Part shown: positions 43,641-52,880 of the stretch, one piece after another
How positions within the stretch are numbered: position 1 is the stretch's first letter
Layout of the letters: every line of letters starts with the position of its first letter
Virus record (IMG/VR): IMGVR_UViG_3300033068_001402
Coordinates: 7,551 to 71,550 of that record
Length of the DNA: 64,000 nt
Strand: one strand, 5' to 3'
DNA from: a virus
Lineage: Duplodnaviria; Caudoviricetes
The notes under the pieces: model-generated
What the model was told of the DNA's origin: nothing
What the model saw: the letters and a program-made list of their open reading frames with translations, nothing else
Database searches by the model: none
Position numbers and translations under genes: made by a program

Positions 43641-44852
43641 TCACCCCAGCACAGCCGCCAACGGGTCCACCTCCCCCACCCGCTGCGCCTCCAGCCAGTT
43701 CGACCACCACGTCATCAGCGCCACGCGCTCAGGCCAGTATTCAGCGGCGTTGTAGATCCCGCGCACCGAGCCGTCGACGTGGGCAAGCTGGCGCTCCACC
43801 ACGTCAGACCGGAACAGCCCGGACTCGTTGAGGATGGTCGAGGCGGTCCGCCGGAAGCCATGTCCCACGACCTCGTCCTTGGTGTAGCCGAGCCGCCGCA
43901 GCGCCGCGTTGACGGTCATGTCGGACATCGGGCGCTGCCGGCCGCGCACCGAGGGGAACAGGTAGCGTCCCGATCCCGTGAGCGGGTGCAGCTCCTCCAG
44001 CAGGGCGACGACGTGGGCGGACAGCGGGACGAGGAACTTCCGCTTCATCTTCATCTTGCCCTCGGTCAGCGTCCACCGCAGCTCGACCAGGTCGAAGTCC
44101 TTCCACTCGGCGGTCCGCAGGTTGCCGGGCCGGACAAAGGTGTGCGCCTGCATCTGCATGGCGATTCGCGTCACCACCTCGCCCGTGTAGCCGCCGATCG
44201 CGCGCATCAGCCCGCCGATCTCCTTGGGGTCGAACAGGGCGGCGTGGTGCTCGACGGTCTTCTGGACCAGGGCGTCGGCGAGGTCGCCCGCCGGGTCGCG
44301 CTCGCAGCGGCCGGTGGCGATGGCGTAGCGGAACACGCGACTCACCGTCGAGCGCAGCCGGTGCGCCGTGTCGTAGTTCCCCCGCGCCTCGACGTCGCGG
44401 ATCATCGCCAGGATCTCCGGCGCCGTGATGCTGGATATTGCCCGCGGCCCGAGCACCGGATAGGCGTGCCCGTCCAACATCTGGGCGTCCTTCCGGTGCG
44501 CCGAGTGGGACAGCTCCTCCTTCGACCGCTTGGCCTGCCACTCCTTGCCGACCATCTCGAAGGTCGTGGCCGCCGCGACGACGGCGCGAGCCGCCTCCTG
44601 CTGCGCGTGGACGACGGGGTCGACGTGGGCGTCCAGCAGGGCCTTGGCCGCGTCGCGCCGCCGCCGGGCCTCGGTCAACGAGACGTCGGGGTACTCGCCG
44701 AAGGTGATGGTGCGCTGCTTCCCTGCGAACCGATAGGCCATCCGCCAGGTCCGGCGCTTGCCCTGCAGGTGGAGGAACAGCCCCTCCCCGTCAGCCTTCT
44801 TAGCCTGGCCCTCGACCGGGGGCAGGTTGCGGATCGCGATGTCCGTGAGCAT
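43641..44852 (-). CDS. int: Tyrosine integrase, P4 family
   Basis: N-terminal arm-binding domain (DGEGL.L..W...YR..GK....FGEYP.VSL.EAR), RPGN, HGFRRTAS, QLAH, Y nucleophile. Confidence 0.95.
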   Translation of the reverse strand: MLTDIAIRNLPPVEGQAKKADGEGLFLHLQGKRRTWRMAYRFAGKQRTITFGEYPDVSLTEARRRRDAAKALLDAHVDPVVHAQQEAARAVVAAATTFEMVGKEWQAKRSKEELSHSAHRKDAQMLDGHAYPVLGPRAISSITAPEILAMIRDVEARGNYDTAHRLRSTVSRVFRYAIATGRCERDPAGDLADALVQKTVEHHAALFDPKEIGGLMRAIGGYTGEVVTRIAMQMQAHTFVRPGNLRTAEWKDFDLVELRWTLTEGKMKMKRKFLVPLSAHVVALLEELHPLTGSGRYLFPSVRGRQRPMSDMTVNAALRRLGYTKDEVVGHGFRRTASTILNESGLFRSDVVERQLAHVDGSVRGIYNAAEYWPERVALMTWWSNWLEAQRVGEVDPLAAVLG

Positions 44853-44866
44853 GGCCGTCCTCTAAT

Positions 44867-45112
44867 GTTGGATAGTCGTCAACCCCGTGTTGGATTTCGG
44901 GGCAATCTATCCATCAATCGGACCGGCTGTCCAGCTACGCGCTGGGATGCGCTGGGACTTGGTTACCAGCGTTTTCAATCACTTAGGGACGTTCTGGGAC
45001 GGGCTTGGCGAGTGATTGGCGACCCCGGCAGTCTCCTAATAGGGTCGCCTAACTTACTGATACCGCTAACTTATATTTTTCGGACCTGGGTGATGTCCAA
45101 CATCTGTCCAAC
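44867..45112. promoter_or_regulatory. Putative attP region with arm-type sites
   Basis: GTTGGATA (44867) and GTTGGATT (44889) on one side; TGTCCAAC twice (45094, 45105) inverted on the other; CTGGGA repeats between. Confidence 0.6.
45017..45031 (-). other. Putative attP core matching a tRNA 3' end
   Basis: Minus strand reads CTGCCGGGGTCGCCA (T-stem/acceptor/CCA-like) upstream of int. Confidence 0.6.
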
Positions 45113-45156
45113 TGCTTATGAATAGGCGATGTTGACGCCGACCACGTCGCCCGCGG

Positions 45157-48100
45157 TCACGCCGCGCCGATAGCGGACAGGAAGGTGTGGACGCGGTTGT
45201 AAACTGCCAGATGCTCGGCGTCCGTCAGGCTGGACCCGACCCACGCCGCCGCAACGCGAACTGTGGCGTACTGCGTCCCATTCCGGCAGAGCGTGTACTT
45301 GGTCGAACCGATGGCCCCGGAGACGCCAGCCGTGGCCAGCAGCGCCCCGTTCTTGAACGCGCGGGCGTTGGACGCATCGACCCGGCTCCATGCCGATAGG
45401 CCAACGCTGGTCGCCACCGGAAGGGCGGACGATGTCGCCGCGCCGTTGGGCCGCCAGTCCATATTCGAGCCGTTGCGCGGCGTGATGTAGGACCGGAGCG
45501 TGGTCACCTGACCGATGGCGCTCTTGTTTTCGAGGACATTGGTGTTGCAGTAAACGCCCATCGAGGCGTTGTTCTGGGTGAAGCCGGAGATGGCGGCGAG
45601 GTTGTCGGGATGCTCCAGATAGCCGTTCGTTCCGTTGCCGGCGTAGCCACGATCCGTCGTGAAGGTGATCGTCCCGCTGGCCGTCAGAATCTTGGCCGGG
45701 TTCTTCCATCCGACCCGCGCGGCTTGGGCGTCGTGGGCCGCGAGGACGTTGAACGCGCCCATCTTGGACCACACGCCGTCAGCCTTCAGCCCGGCGATAA
45801 GCGTGTTGATCAACGCCTTGCGGGTGCTGTCGGGCTGGACCGTCATCGCGGCGAGAAGCGCCGTCGTCTCGGCTTCGTCGGCGACGTTGACAGTGATGAC
45901 GAGAGGGCTTCCGACCGTGACGCCGCTCGCGGGGCTGGACAGGGTCACCGTCACCGATGAGGCGGCGGGAGCTGTCAGGCTGATCGTGGTTTCGCCGCTG
46001 TTCGGGTTAGCGAAGGAGACGGTGCCGCTCTGGCCATTGGAGGTGGACCACGAACAGCCGCCGTTGAGATAGTCGGCCTGCCAGTCGCGCGTGACCGTCA
46101 GCGTGATCGGGTCGCCAGGATCGTAGGTCTGGCCGGGATCGACCAGTTCGATGTTCGGCGTCCGCTCGGACAGCGCGAAGGTGCCGAGAACGCCAGCCAC
46201 GTCTCCAGCATAGGGAGCGCCGCGAACCGTGACGGTCCAGCGGCCGTCCAGCGCGAAGTCGAACACGGCATAGGAATACGGCTTGTAGCCGATGCCGGTA
46301 CACATGCCCTCGCGACCGTTGAACTCGAATGGCTGTATCCACTTGGCGTTCTGCCACAGAGCCGAGGTCAGAACCTGGACCATGTTCAGGCCGCCGCCGG
46401 TCGAGAAGTCCGTAGCGTCGCCATCGTCCACGCCGCAGCCGTGCAGATCGCCATTGACCAGTGTGACCGGAGGAACGCCCGCCGTGTCGCGGATGAAGTC
46501 GCAAAGTTCCGCCCGTTCAGCCGGCGCATAGCGACCGATGCCGGTGTCAGGCCCGCCCGCGTTCTGCCATGCGGTCGGGAAGATCAGCAGGACGTGACGC
46601 ATCCCGTCCGTTCCGGCCTGCACCAGCGCGTCCTTGATGGCCTGCATGTGTTCAGGCCACCAATAGTCCCCGATCATCGTGTCGGCGTTGGCGTCGAACT
46701 GCGAGCGGGTGTCCACGTAGATTTTACGGATGCAGCCCCACGTTTTGACCTGCGTAATGATGGTCTGATCGGGGTCGGTCTCGCCAAGCTCGGCTTGGAG
46801 GAACGGATAGTGCGGCAGGGTTTCGCGATAGACCTGACGAGTGACGCGGTTCAGCTCCGCACCGTTCGGCTTGGCCAGACCGCTTTCGTCGCCGCCCGAG
46901 TTGTCGTGGTCGTCAAACATGAAAGTGGCCGGGACAACCCGATGGAACCGGGCGACCGAGGCGCACTCAAGATAGGGCCGGGGGAAGGTGCCGCGCTTCT
47001 CCCGCACGTCCAGTGAGAGGCTGTCGTCGTAAACGATGTCCCCGATGATGTCGCTGTCGTCCAGAGCATCGAGCATCATGCTCGCATGGCCGAACGAGTA
47101 GCGGCTACGGCTCAGGCCGCAGCAGGAGAAAATGGCAGTTCGATAGGTGGCGGGCGTTCCCGGAGCAGGGGCGGTGCCGAACGAGCAGGCCTGATCGTCA
47201 AAAGCCGTGCTGTCGATGGTCAGAACCGATTGATAGTCCGTGGCAGGGTCCAGCCCGGTTACGTCGAAATAGACTTGGTGCAGCGTGTCGGACGGGATCA
47301 CGGGCAGAGCGACCGACGCCTGTGTGCCAGTCCACACCGCCGTAGCCAGATCGCTGGCCTCATAGACGTTGAGAACGACCGAGGCCGAGGCTTTCGTAAC
47401 CCCCGTGACCATGCGGAACCCGTCGTGGGTCACCGCGCCGACAACCGTGCGGATCGGAGCCTGAAGCACGGCCACGCCATCGGGGCGGCCCGCCATCAGT
47501 TCATCCATCAGCCGGGCGCGCTGCGACTGGTTCAGCGGGTCGCTATAGACGACCATCCGCTGAAATCGACCGTCGAAGAAGTAGGGCGTTCCCAAGCCGG
47601 GATCACGCCTGCGGAACAGTTCGCGAAGCGTGGTCGTGGAGAAGACCAGATCCGCGTTCAGGGCCTCATCCGCACCGATGACGCCGTTCACGTCCCAAGC
47701 GGTGAAATCGCCATCGGTCGTGAAGATCGCGACGTTCCACACCGGCCCGGCCTCAATCAGGGGAGCCGTTGCCGAGACGAAGCCGAAGCTGTTGGTCAGG
47801 GTCGCCGGAACGCCCGGCGCGTAGCCATGCACGTCCAGCGCCATGACCGGCGAGATGTTGGCGTTTCCGATCAGGGCGTAGCGGGTGTTCAGGTCCGACT
47901 GCCAGACCAACGCGACCGTCATGCTGTCGGAGATCGGCACGTCGACGCCGACGCCGTATTCCCCGCCCGTGACTTGGAGATAGGGGCGGTCGCCATCGAC
48001 CAGGGCCGGGCGGTAGCCGTCAGGGAAAGTCACATGCGCCGCGCCCGTGCCGAGTTGTTCGACCAGCCCGTCGTCGTCCAGAACCACGTCGTCAGCGGAC

Positions 48101-49128
48101 AGATCAGCCACGGGGGCAGGCAGTGCGTCGGGGGCCAGCGCGCGGCGGGCCGGGACGCTCAGGCCCTTGGCCGGATAGAACCGGATGCGCTTGACGCTCC
48201 GCGCCCCGTCAGGCGGCAGGACGCCGAACGTCTCGCCAACGGATTGCCCGTAGAGGAAAGCCTCACCCTCGCCGGTTTCAATCAGCACGTCGTATGCGGC
48301 CGGCTCGATAACGCCCGTGATCGTCAGTTCTTCGACTTCGCGCGTCTTGGGGCCGGCGGTCGTGACCAGCGGCTCTATGCCGTAGTCAGAGCCCCGGATC
48401 GTCTGGGCGTGGATGCGAATGGTGATGTCCACCGCCACGCCAGCGACTGGCGTGAAATACAGAACCGGCCAGACCGACGTGACATCGTCGCTGGAGATCG
48501 GCAGCGTAACCGTCACCGGCTCCACAACATTGATCGCACTGGTCGGGATGGGGTTGGAGGCCGAGAACAGCGGCGACAGAAGCGCGCTGGTCGAGAGGGT
48601 AGCGCCCTCATACTCACGCATCTGGAGGCCGAGCGACGTAATGCCCGTCAGGCTCCCGGCCTGCTTCACCATGTGCATGACGAGCGTGGCGTTCTCGTTG
48701 TTCGCCCAGCCGGTCAGATAGCCTGCCTGCTCAAGGAATATCCGCCGGGTCGAGGTCGTCGGAGCCGTGCCCGCGATCTGGACGTCCACAAACGGAAGCC
48801 CGTCCAGTTCGCCATCCGTCTTGGTGACGGTGAAGTTGGGGGCGTCGGTCGTGTAGCGAGCGCCCGAGCCGCTGGAATAGTGCAGCCCCGTCTCGCCGGT
48901 ACGGATGAGAACGCCCTGCTCGACCCACTCCGAACCGTCCCACGCATAGCCAAGGCAAGGCTCATCGGCCTCAGCCTCAACCAATGCGCCGTCTGCATCG
49001 TAGGAAAGCGCCGTGGTCGGGCGCTCAAACACGAAGCCGTCAGGCAGCGGCAGGCTCGTCAGGTCGAAGTCGTATGTGGCTTCGGGATTGACCCAGGCTG
49101 TCGAGTTCAGCAGCGCGCGAGGTATCAT
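45157..49128 (-). CDS. 1323-aa fibre-like protein with LamG-like, FN3-like, PhoD phosphatase, Calx-beta-like and lectin-like domains
   Basis: N-terminal FERPT..YDADG.L..A..EP motif of fibre proteins; PhoD motifs FSC, GDIVYDD, DDHD, VDTRS, GDLH. Confidence 0.75.
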   Translation of the reverse strand: MIPRALLNSTAWVNPEATYDFDLTSLPLPDGFVFERPTTALSYDADGALVEAEADEPCLGYAWDGSEWVEQGVLIRTGETGLHYSSGSGARYTTDAPNFTVTKTDGELDGLPFVDVQIAGTAPTTSTRRIFLEQAGYLTGWANNENATLVMHMVKQAGSLTGITSLGLQMREYEGATLSTSALLSPLFSASNPIPTSAINVVEPVTVTLPISSDDVTSVWPVLYFTPVAGVAVDITIRIHAQTIRGSDYGIEPLVTTAGPKTREVEELTITGVIEPAAYDVLIETGEGEAFLYGQSVGETFGVLPPDGARSVKRIRFYPAKGLSVPARRALAPDALPAPVADLSADDVVLDDDGLVEQLGTGAAHVTFPDGYRPALVDGDRPYLQVTGGEYGVGVDVPISDSMTVALVWQSDLNTRYALIGNANISPVMALDVHGYAPGVPATLTNSFGFVSATAPLIEAGPVWNVAIFTTDGDFTAWDVNGVIGADEALNADLVFSTTTLRELFRRRDPGLGTPYFFDGRFQRMVVYSDPLNQSQRARLMDELMAGRPDGVAVLQAPIRTVVGAVTHDGFRMVTGVTKASASVVLNVYEASDLATAVWTGTQASVALPVIPSDTLHQVYFDVTGLDPATDYQSVLTIDSTAFDDQACSFGTAPAPGTPATYRTAIFSCCGLSRSRYSFGHASMMLDALDDSDIIGDIVYDDSLSLDVREKRGTFPRPYLECASVARFHRVVPATFMFDDHDNSGGDESGLAKPNGAELNRVTRQVYRETLPHYPFLQAELGETDPDQTIITQVKTWGCIRKIYVDTRSQFDANADTMIGDYWWPEHMQAIKDALVQAGTDGMRHVLLIFPTAWQNAGGPDTGIGRYAPAERAELCDFIRDTAGVPPVTLVNGDLHGCGVDDGDATDFSTGGGLNMVQVLTSALWQNAKWIQPFEFNGREGMCTGIGYKPYSYAVFDFALDGRWTVTVRGAPYAGDVAGVLGTFALSERTPNIELVDPGQTYDPGDPITLTVTRDWQADYLNGGCSWSTSNGQSGTVSFANPNSGETTISLTAPAASSVTVTLSSPASGVTVGSPLVITVNVADEAETTALLAAMTVQPDSTRKALINTLIAGLKADGVWSKMGAFNVLAAHDAQAARVGWKNPAKILTASGTITFTTDRGYAGNGTNGYLEHPDNLAAISGFTQNNASMGVYCNTNVLENKSAIGQVTTLRSYITPRNGSNMDWRPNGAATSSALPVATSVGLSAWSRVDASNARAFKNGALLATAGVSGAIGSTKYTLCRNGTQYATVRVAAAWVGSSLTDAEHLAVYNRVHTFLSAIGAA

Positions 49129-49517
49129 CCGAGTTGACCTCCCAGATCAACAACGGCGCTCTCGCCATCTTCGTTCGCCGACACGCGCAGCGAGCCCGCC
49201 GAAGGCAGCCCCGATGACGTAAAGGCGTCGGAGATTTGGCGAAGTTCACCACCGCTCTCCGCTGCGAAGGTGATAAGCCCCAAGCCCTCCTGCGCCCACG
49301 CGCAGATAAAGTCCTGCGGCAGGTCGTTGGACACGGTGAAGGTGACATCGGTTGCGCTGACAGACGCGACGGTCTTGCCATAGTCAGCGACGGTGATCGT
49401 GTAATCACCAGTCACTCGGACGGTAGCCCCTACACCGCCCGCAGCTAGAATATCGCTCAGCGCCTCGCCATTATGGTCGATTTGGTTCGAGCGAACAGGA
49501 TTGCCGTTGACCCCCAC
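49125..49517 (-). CDS. Small putative virion adaptor protein
   Basis: Coupled between tailspike and fibre genes; beta-rich. Confidence 0.6.
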   Translation of the reverse strand: MGVNGNPVRSNQIDHNGEALSDILAAGGVGATVRVTGDYTITVADYGKTVASVSATDVTFTVSNDLPQDFICAWAQEGLGLITFAAESGGELRQISDAFTSSGLPSAGSLRVSANEDGESAVVDLGGQLG

Positions 49518-51586
49518 TACCAGGCCTCCCCGGTTTGATTTTTGAGATCGGTGATTTCGAGAGATGCGGACGCGTTCAGAGCCCCGCCGCTATCTTGCAG
49601 ACCTGCTACAGACAGTGTGTCGCCTGCCGAAAGAGTCAGACTTGTCGTCAGGCGCACCGTGGTCTCCAGACTCGCGGCGGCCCGTTGATCGACGCGATGG
49701 TTGCCCGACAGGACCCCGTTCACCCCCAGTTCGGCGCGTCGATCGCCAGTACCGTTCGGGTCGTAGACAACGACGATCGTCACGAGGAAGCGCCCGCTGT
49801 AGCGTACCGTGACCGCCGTCGCAGATCCGGCAGATCCTACCGAGGTGCGGAGGAGCATCAGACCGTTGTCCGGCTCCTGGTTGAACGTGAAGAGGGTGGG
49901 CGAGCCGCCGTTCGGTAGAGAGACGGGGGCCGTCATTGAGACCTTGGAACGGCCGGTCAGGAAGCCGACCGGAGCATTCGAGATCACGCACCCGCTGGCA
50001 ACCCAGTCTTCAACCCGGTTGCGATAAGGTCCGACGTTGCCGACCAGCTTGACTCCCGGGTTCTCAGGATCGTTGTACTCGCTGGTCTGGTCGATGAAGG
50101 AGTAATCTGTGAGGCCTCCGCCGATTACCCGATGCCGGATAAACCTCACGCCTCGCGGCCACGTCAGATACTCGTCACCAACCTCGATCTTGCCACCCGT
50201 GGAAGCGGACAAAGCCGATCCGCCATAGGCATAGCCTGCCTGATCGTAACCCGTCTCCTCGGATATGCAGTCAACAAACCGCACATCGAAAGGCTGGTCC
50301 GCTTCCGGGATCGTTCCATCGTTGGTGGACGAAACCACAAAGGCGGTCAGGCCCATGCGGTAAACGTGCAGATTGTTGACCCGGATGCGGGAACCGGTGT
50401 TGGCGATCTTGCAGCCGAAGTATCGACCATAGCTCAGGGAGCCGCCGTGGATGGTGACGCGGCCGGCATTCAGATCACCCGAAATGTCGATATGTTGGTC
50501 AGCATAGGTGCCGTGAGGCGCGAAGATGTCGATCCCGTCGCCGCCGCTTACTGCCAGCCCGCGCGAATAGGCCCATGCGACCGAGGCTTGCCCGGTCCAG
50601 ACCGTGCCGATCCGATCCCAACGGGGATAGACCTTCAGGTTCTTGCACTGGATCAGGTGGATGCCTTGCAGCATGTCGTCCGAGGGACGAGCCGTGCCAG
50701 GCGTGCCCGCCGTCATGTCGTAACAGTAGGCTTTCAGCATCCCGCCACATCGGGTCAGACGGACGCCCGCACCCTTGCCGAATCCGGTCACCTTCACGTC
50801 CAGATCGACTTCCGCAACGTCCGTCAGGTCTATGGCTGAGGCCGTGTCCAGCCCGCCCACGGCCCCGTTGGTCCCGATGTCGACGGTCACCTTGTCCAGC
50901 GACACGAACGCGCAGCTTGAGGCGTATAGTGTCTTTCGGGTTGTGGTCGTGCGCGTGTCGAGAAACCGCGCATACATGATCCGGGCATTGGCCACGTTCA
51001 GCCCGGTCACCCGATATACGGCGCCCGGTCGGCCCCACACCACCTTGCCGGTGGCAATGGCGGCAACCCAAGCCGCGGTGTCATCGGCAACACCGTTGCC
51101 GATCGCCAGGAACATTTCCGGTGTGACGATGCCCGCGATACCGGACGCCACCACGGTGCCGCCCGTGTGCAGCCAATATATGGACTCGCCTACTTCAAGC
51201 GGATCGGTGAGCGTAAGAACATTCGTGCCGTTGGCTATGTAGTCGACGTTTGGCCGCTGGTAAGAACCGCCGTTTCGGAGCAGAGTGACGGTCCCGGCGA
51301 TCGTCACGGGCTCTGAAACTGTCAGCGTGGGCTCTGTACCCGTGGCAGTCCTTGTACCTGATGCGAATGACCCAAGCAGTTCGGACAGGTTCAGCGCGGA
51401 ACCAAGGCCTTCGATAATCTCGTCGGCTTCAGCCTGAATGTTTGCGAAGAGGTGCGCGACGGAAGGGACCAGACCGCCGTCCGTGGTCACATCGACCGCG
51501 GGTCCGCCATTCACGATGCCGTCCAGGCGGTCCATGTTGGTTGCCGTTTTGGCGACCTTCGTCTGGAACTCGGCGGCCGTGGTCAT
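49517..51586 (-). CDS. Tailspike/depolymerase with pectin-lyase-like beta-helix
   Basis: VTPEMF.A.GNGVADDTAAW..AI..GK motif, beta-helix repeats, C1q-like C-terminus. Confidence 0.8.
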   Translation of the reverse strand: MTTAAEFQTKVAKTATNMDRLDGIVNGGPAVDVTTDGGLVPSVAHLFANIQAEADEIIEGLGSALNLSELLGSFASGTRTATGTEPTLTVSEPVTIAGTVTLLRNGGSYQRPNVDYIANGTNVLTLTDPLEVGESIYWLHTGGTVVASGIAGIVTPEMFLAIGNGVADDTAAWVAAIATGKVVWGRPGAVYRVTGLNVANARIMYARFLDTRTTTTRKTLYASSCAFVSLDKVTVDIGTNGAVGGLDTASAIDLTDVAEVDLDVKVTGFGKGAGVRLTRCGGMLKAYCYDMTAGTPGTARPSDDMLQGIHLIQCKNLKVYPRWDRIGTVWTGQASVAWAYSRGLAVSGGDGIDIFAPHGTYADQHIDISGDLNAGRVTIHGGSLSYGRYFGCKIANTGSRIRVNNLHVYRMGLTAFVVSSTNDGTIPEADQPFDVRFVDCISEETGYDQAGYAYGGSALSASTGGKIEVGDEYLTWPRGVRFIRHRVIGGGLTDYSFIDQTSEYNDPENPGVKLVGNVGPYRNRVEDWVASGCVISNAPVGFLTGRSKVSMTAPVSLPNGGSPTLFTFNQEPDNGLMLLRTSVGSAGSATAVTVRYSGRFLVTIVVVYDPNGTGDRRAELGVNGVLSGNHRVDQRAAASLETTVRLTTSLTLSAGDTLSVAGLQDSGGALNASASLEITDLKNQTGEAW

Positions 51587-51646
51587 GCAGAATCGTCTCC
51601 GGAAGCGAGGCCTCCGGAAGACGACTATCACTAAGCACGGCCTAAA

Positions 51647-51661
51647 TCAACTTGGTGGTGA
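51647..51661. promoter_or_regulatory. 15-bp operator-like motif
   Basis: TCAAC-TTGGT-GGTGA upstream of the tailspike module. Confidence 0.6.
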
Positions 51662-51676
51662 TTTACCCATGCGAGG

Positions 51677-52381
51677 CTACAGGCGCGTCTTGAAGCTCTC
51701 TACCCGCCTCAGACCCACCCCGTCCTTGTTGACCACGATCTCGATGGAGCCGCCGCGACGGTGCCCGGCTTCGATCGTCTCCAGAGGGATCTCGTAGATG
51801 TCCAGCGAGAAGCCCCGCCTGACGACGCCCAGAACCACCACGTCCTCGTGCTTGGTTGGGACCGCGAACCGAAGGGTCTCGCCCTCGACCTCGCCCAGTG
51901 CGACGTGGATGTCGTACTTGGCGCCGCGGATGATCGCGTGCATGTCGATGACCGGGTCGTCCTTGTCGGGGAATGCCGGGTGACCCCCGTCCATCTGGAT
52001 GAGACCGGCGACCACGTTGACCGCGCCGTCCACGGAGGCGTTGCGCACCTTGCGCTCGCGCGGCTCAATGTCGGGGTCGACGCCGAGCGACAGCCACGCC
52101 ATGTCGACTTCGAGCAGTTGGGCGATGAGAACCAGCTTGTCGGGACGCGGCTTGGCCTCGCCCTGAAACCACTTCCGCACCGTCTCGGTCGTGACGGTGA
52201 CGTTGAAGCGCTTCCCCAACTCTCGCGCGATCCAGCTCTGTCGCCCGCTGTGCTTCGGCGGGATGTGGGGATAGGCGTCACACGCCTGCTCCAGCCGCTT
52301 GGCGAACTCAGGGTCGCGGATGACCTTGTAGGGCGACGGAGTCGCTTCGGTCTGACGGGCTTTGCTTCCTGCAACGGCCAT
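51677..52381 (-). CDS. Repressor-like HTH (XRE/CI type) regulator with atypical C-terminal domain
   Basis: QSWIARELG..VTTETVRKWFQGEAKPRPDKL..IAQLLEV..AWL..G. Confidence 0.8.
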   Translation of the reverse strand: MAVAGSKARQTEATPSPYKVIRDPEFAKRLEQACDAYPHIPPKHSGRQSWIARELGKRFNVTVTTETVRKWFQGEAKPRPDKLVLIAQLLEVDMAWLSLGVDPDIEPRERKVRNASVDGAVNVVAGLIQMDGGHPAFPDKDDPVIDMHAIIRGAKYDIHVALGEVEGETLRFAVPTKHEDVVVLGVVRRGFSLDIYEIPLETIEAGHRRGGSIEIVVNKDGVGLRRVESFKTRL

Positions 52382-52409
52382 TTGCGGCCTCCTCGTAAGT
52401 GACGATGTG

Positions 52410-52424
52410 TCAACTAACAGGTGA
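52410..52424. promoter_or_regulatory. 15-bp operator-like motif upstream of the repressor gene
   Basis: TCAAC-TAACA-GGTGA; degenerate second copy at 52451-52465. Confidence 0.65.
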
Positions 52425-52472
52425 AGCCTACTTCCGTTCCGACCCGCGTGTCAAGAAAAGGTTGACTCCGTT

Positions 52473-52880
52473 TCAACCGAGGACCGAGGAAATGTTCAGC
52501 GCGGCCACCCGGCGCGCGGCGTCCTCTGGGTCGCGGACCAGCATGTAGACGCCGCCGGCCGCCTCCCATGCCCGCTGGAAGGCCACCTGCTGCTCACTCT
52601 GCTGCCCGGTCGCGTCCTTGACCTCGATCGACAGGGGTCGTCCTACCGAGGCGCCGAGAATATCGCCCGAGCCCGGGAGGCCGTAGGTGATCGGCTGGGC
52701 GCCCGAGAGGACCACGATGCCGGACGGCACGGGCGTGGTGGTACCCGGATAGAAGTGGAGGCGCTTGCCCGCCCAGGCCTGACCCGTGTTGTTGCGCCAG
52801 GCGATCGTCTCGGGCAGTGCCGTCACCGCGACGAGCGTGTCGTTCTGGATCGCCTTCTCGGAGCGGCCTGTCTTAGCCAC
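52473..52880 (-). CDS. VRR-NUC domain nuclease
   Basis: WRNNTG, G.PGSGDI, IEVK...G..S..Q..F. Confidence 0.85.
   Translation of the reverse strand: MAKTGRSEKAIQNDTLVAVTALPETIAWRNNTGQAWAGKRLHFYPGTTTPVPSGIVVLSGAQPITYGLPGSGDILGASVGRPLSIEVKDATGQQSEQQVAFQRAWEAAGGVYMLVRDPEDAARRVAALNISSVLG

Noticed and set aside
45017-45031. Full tRNA gene
   Set aside because: Only 15 nt resemble a tRNA 3' end; no D-arm or anticodon arm seen, so treated as attP core. No complete tRNA was recognised by eye anywhere in the window
45116-45772. 218-aa minus-strand ORF overlapping the fibre gene end
   Set aside because: Alternative frame of a real gene, with no recognisable motifs
52650-52680. GDILG in the VRR-NUC protein as a copy of the peptide tag
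   Set aside because: It is part of the nuclease catalytic PD-(D/E)xK motif
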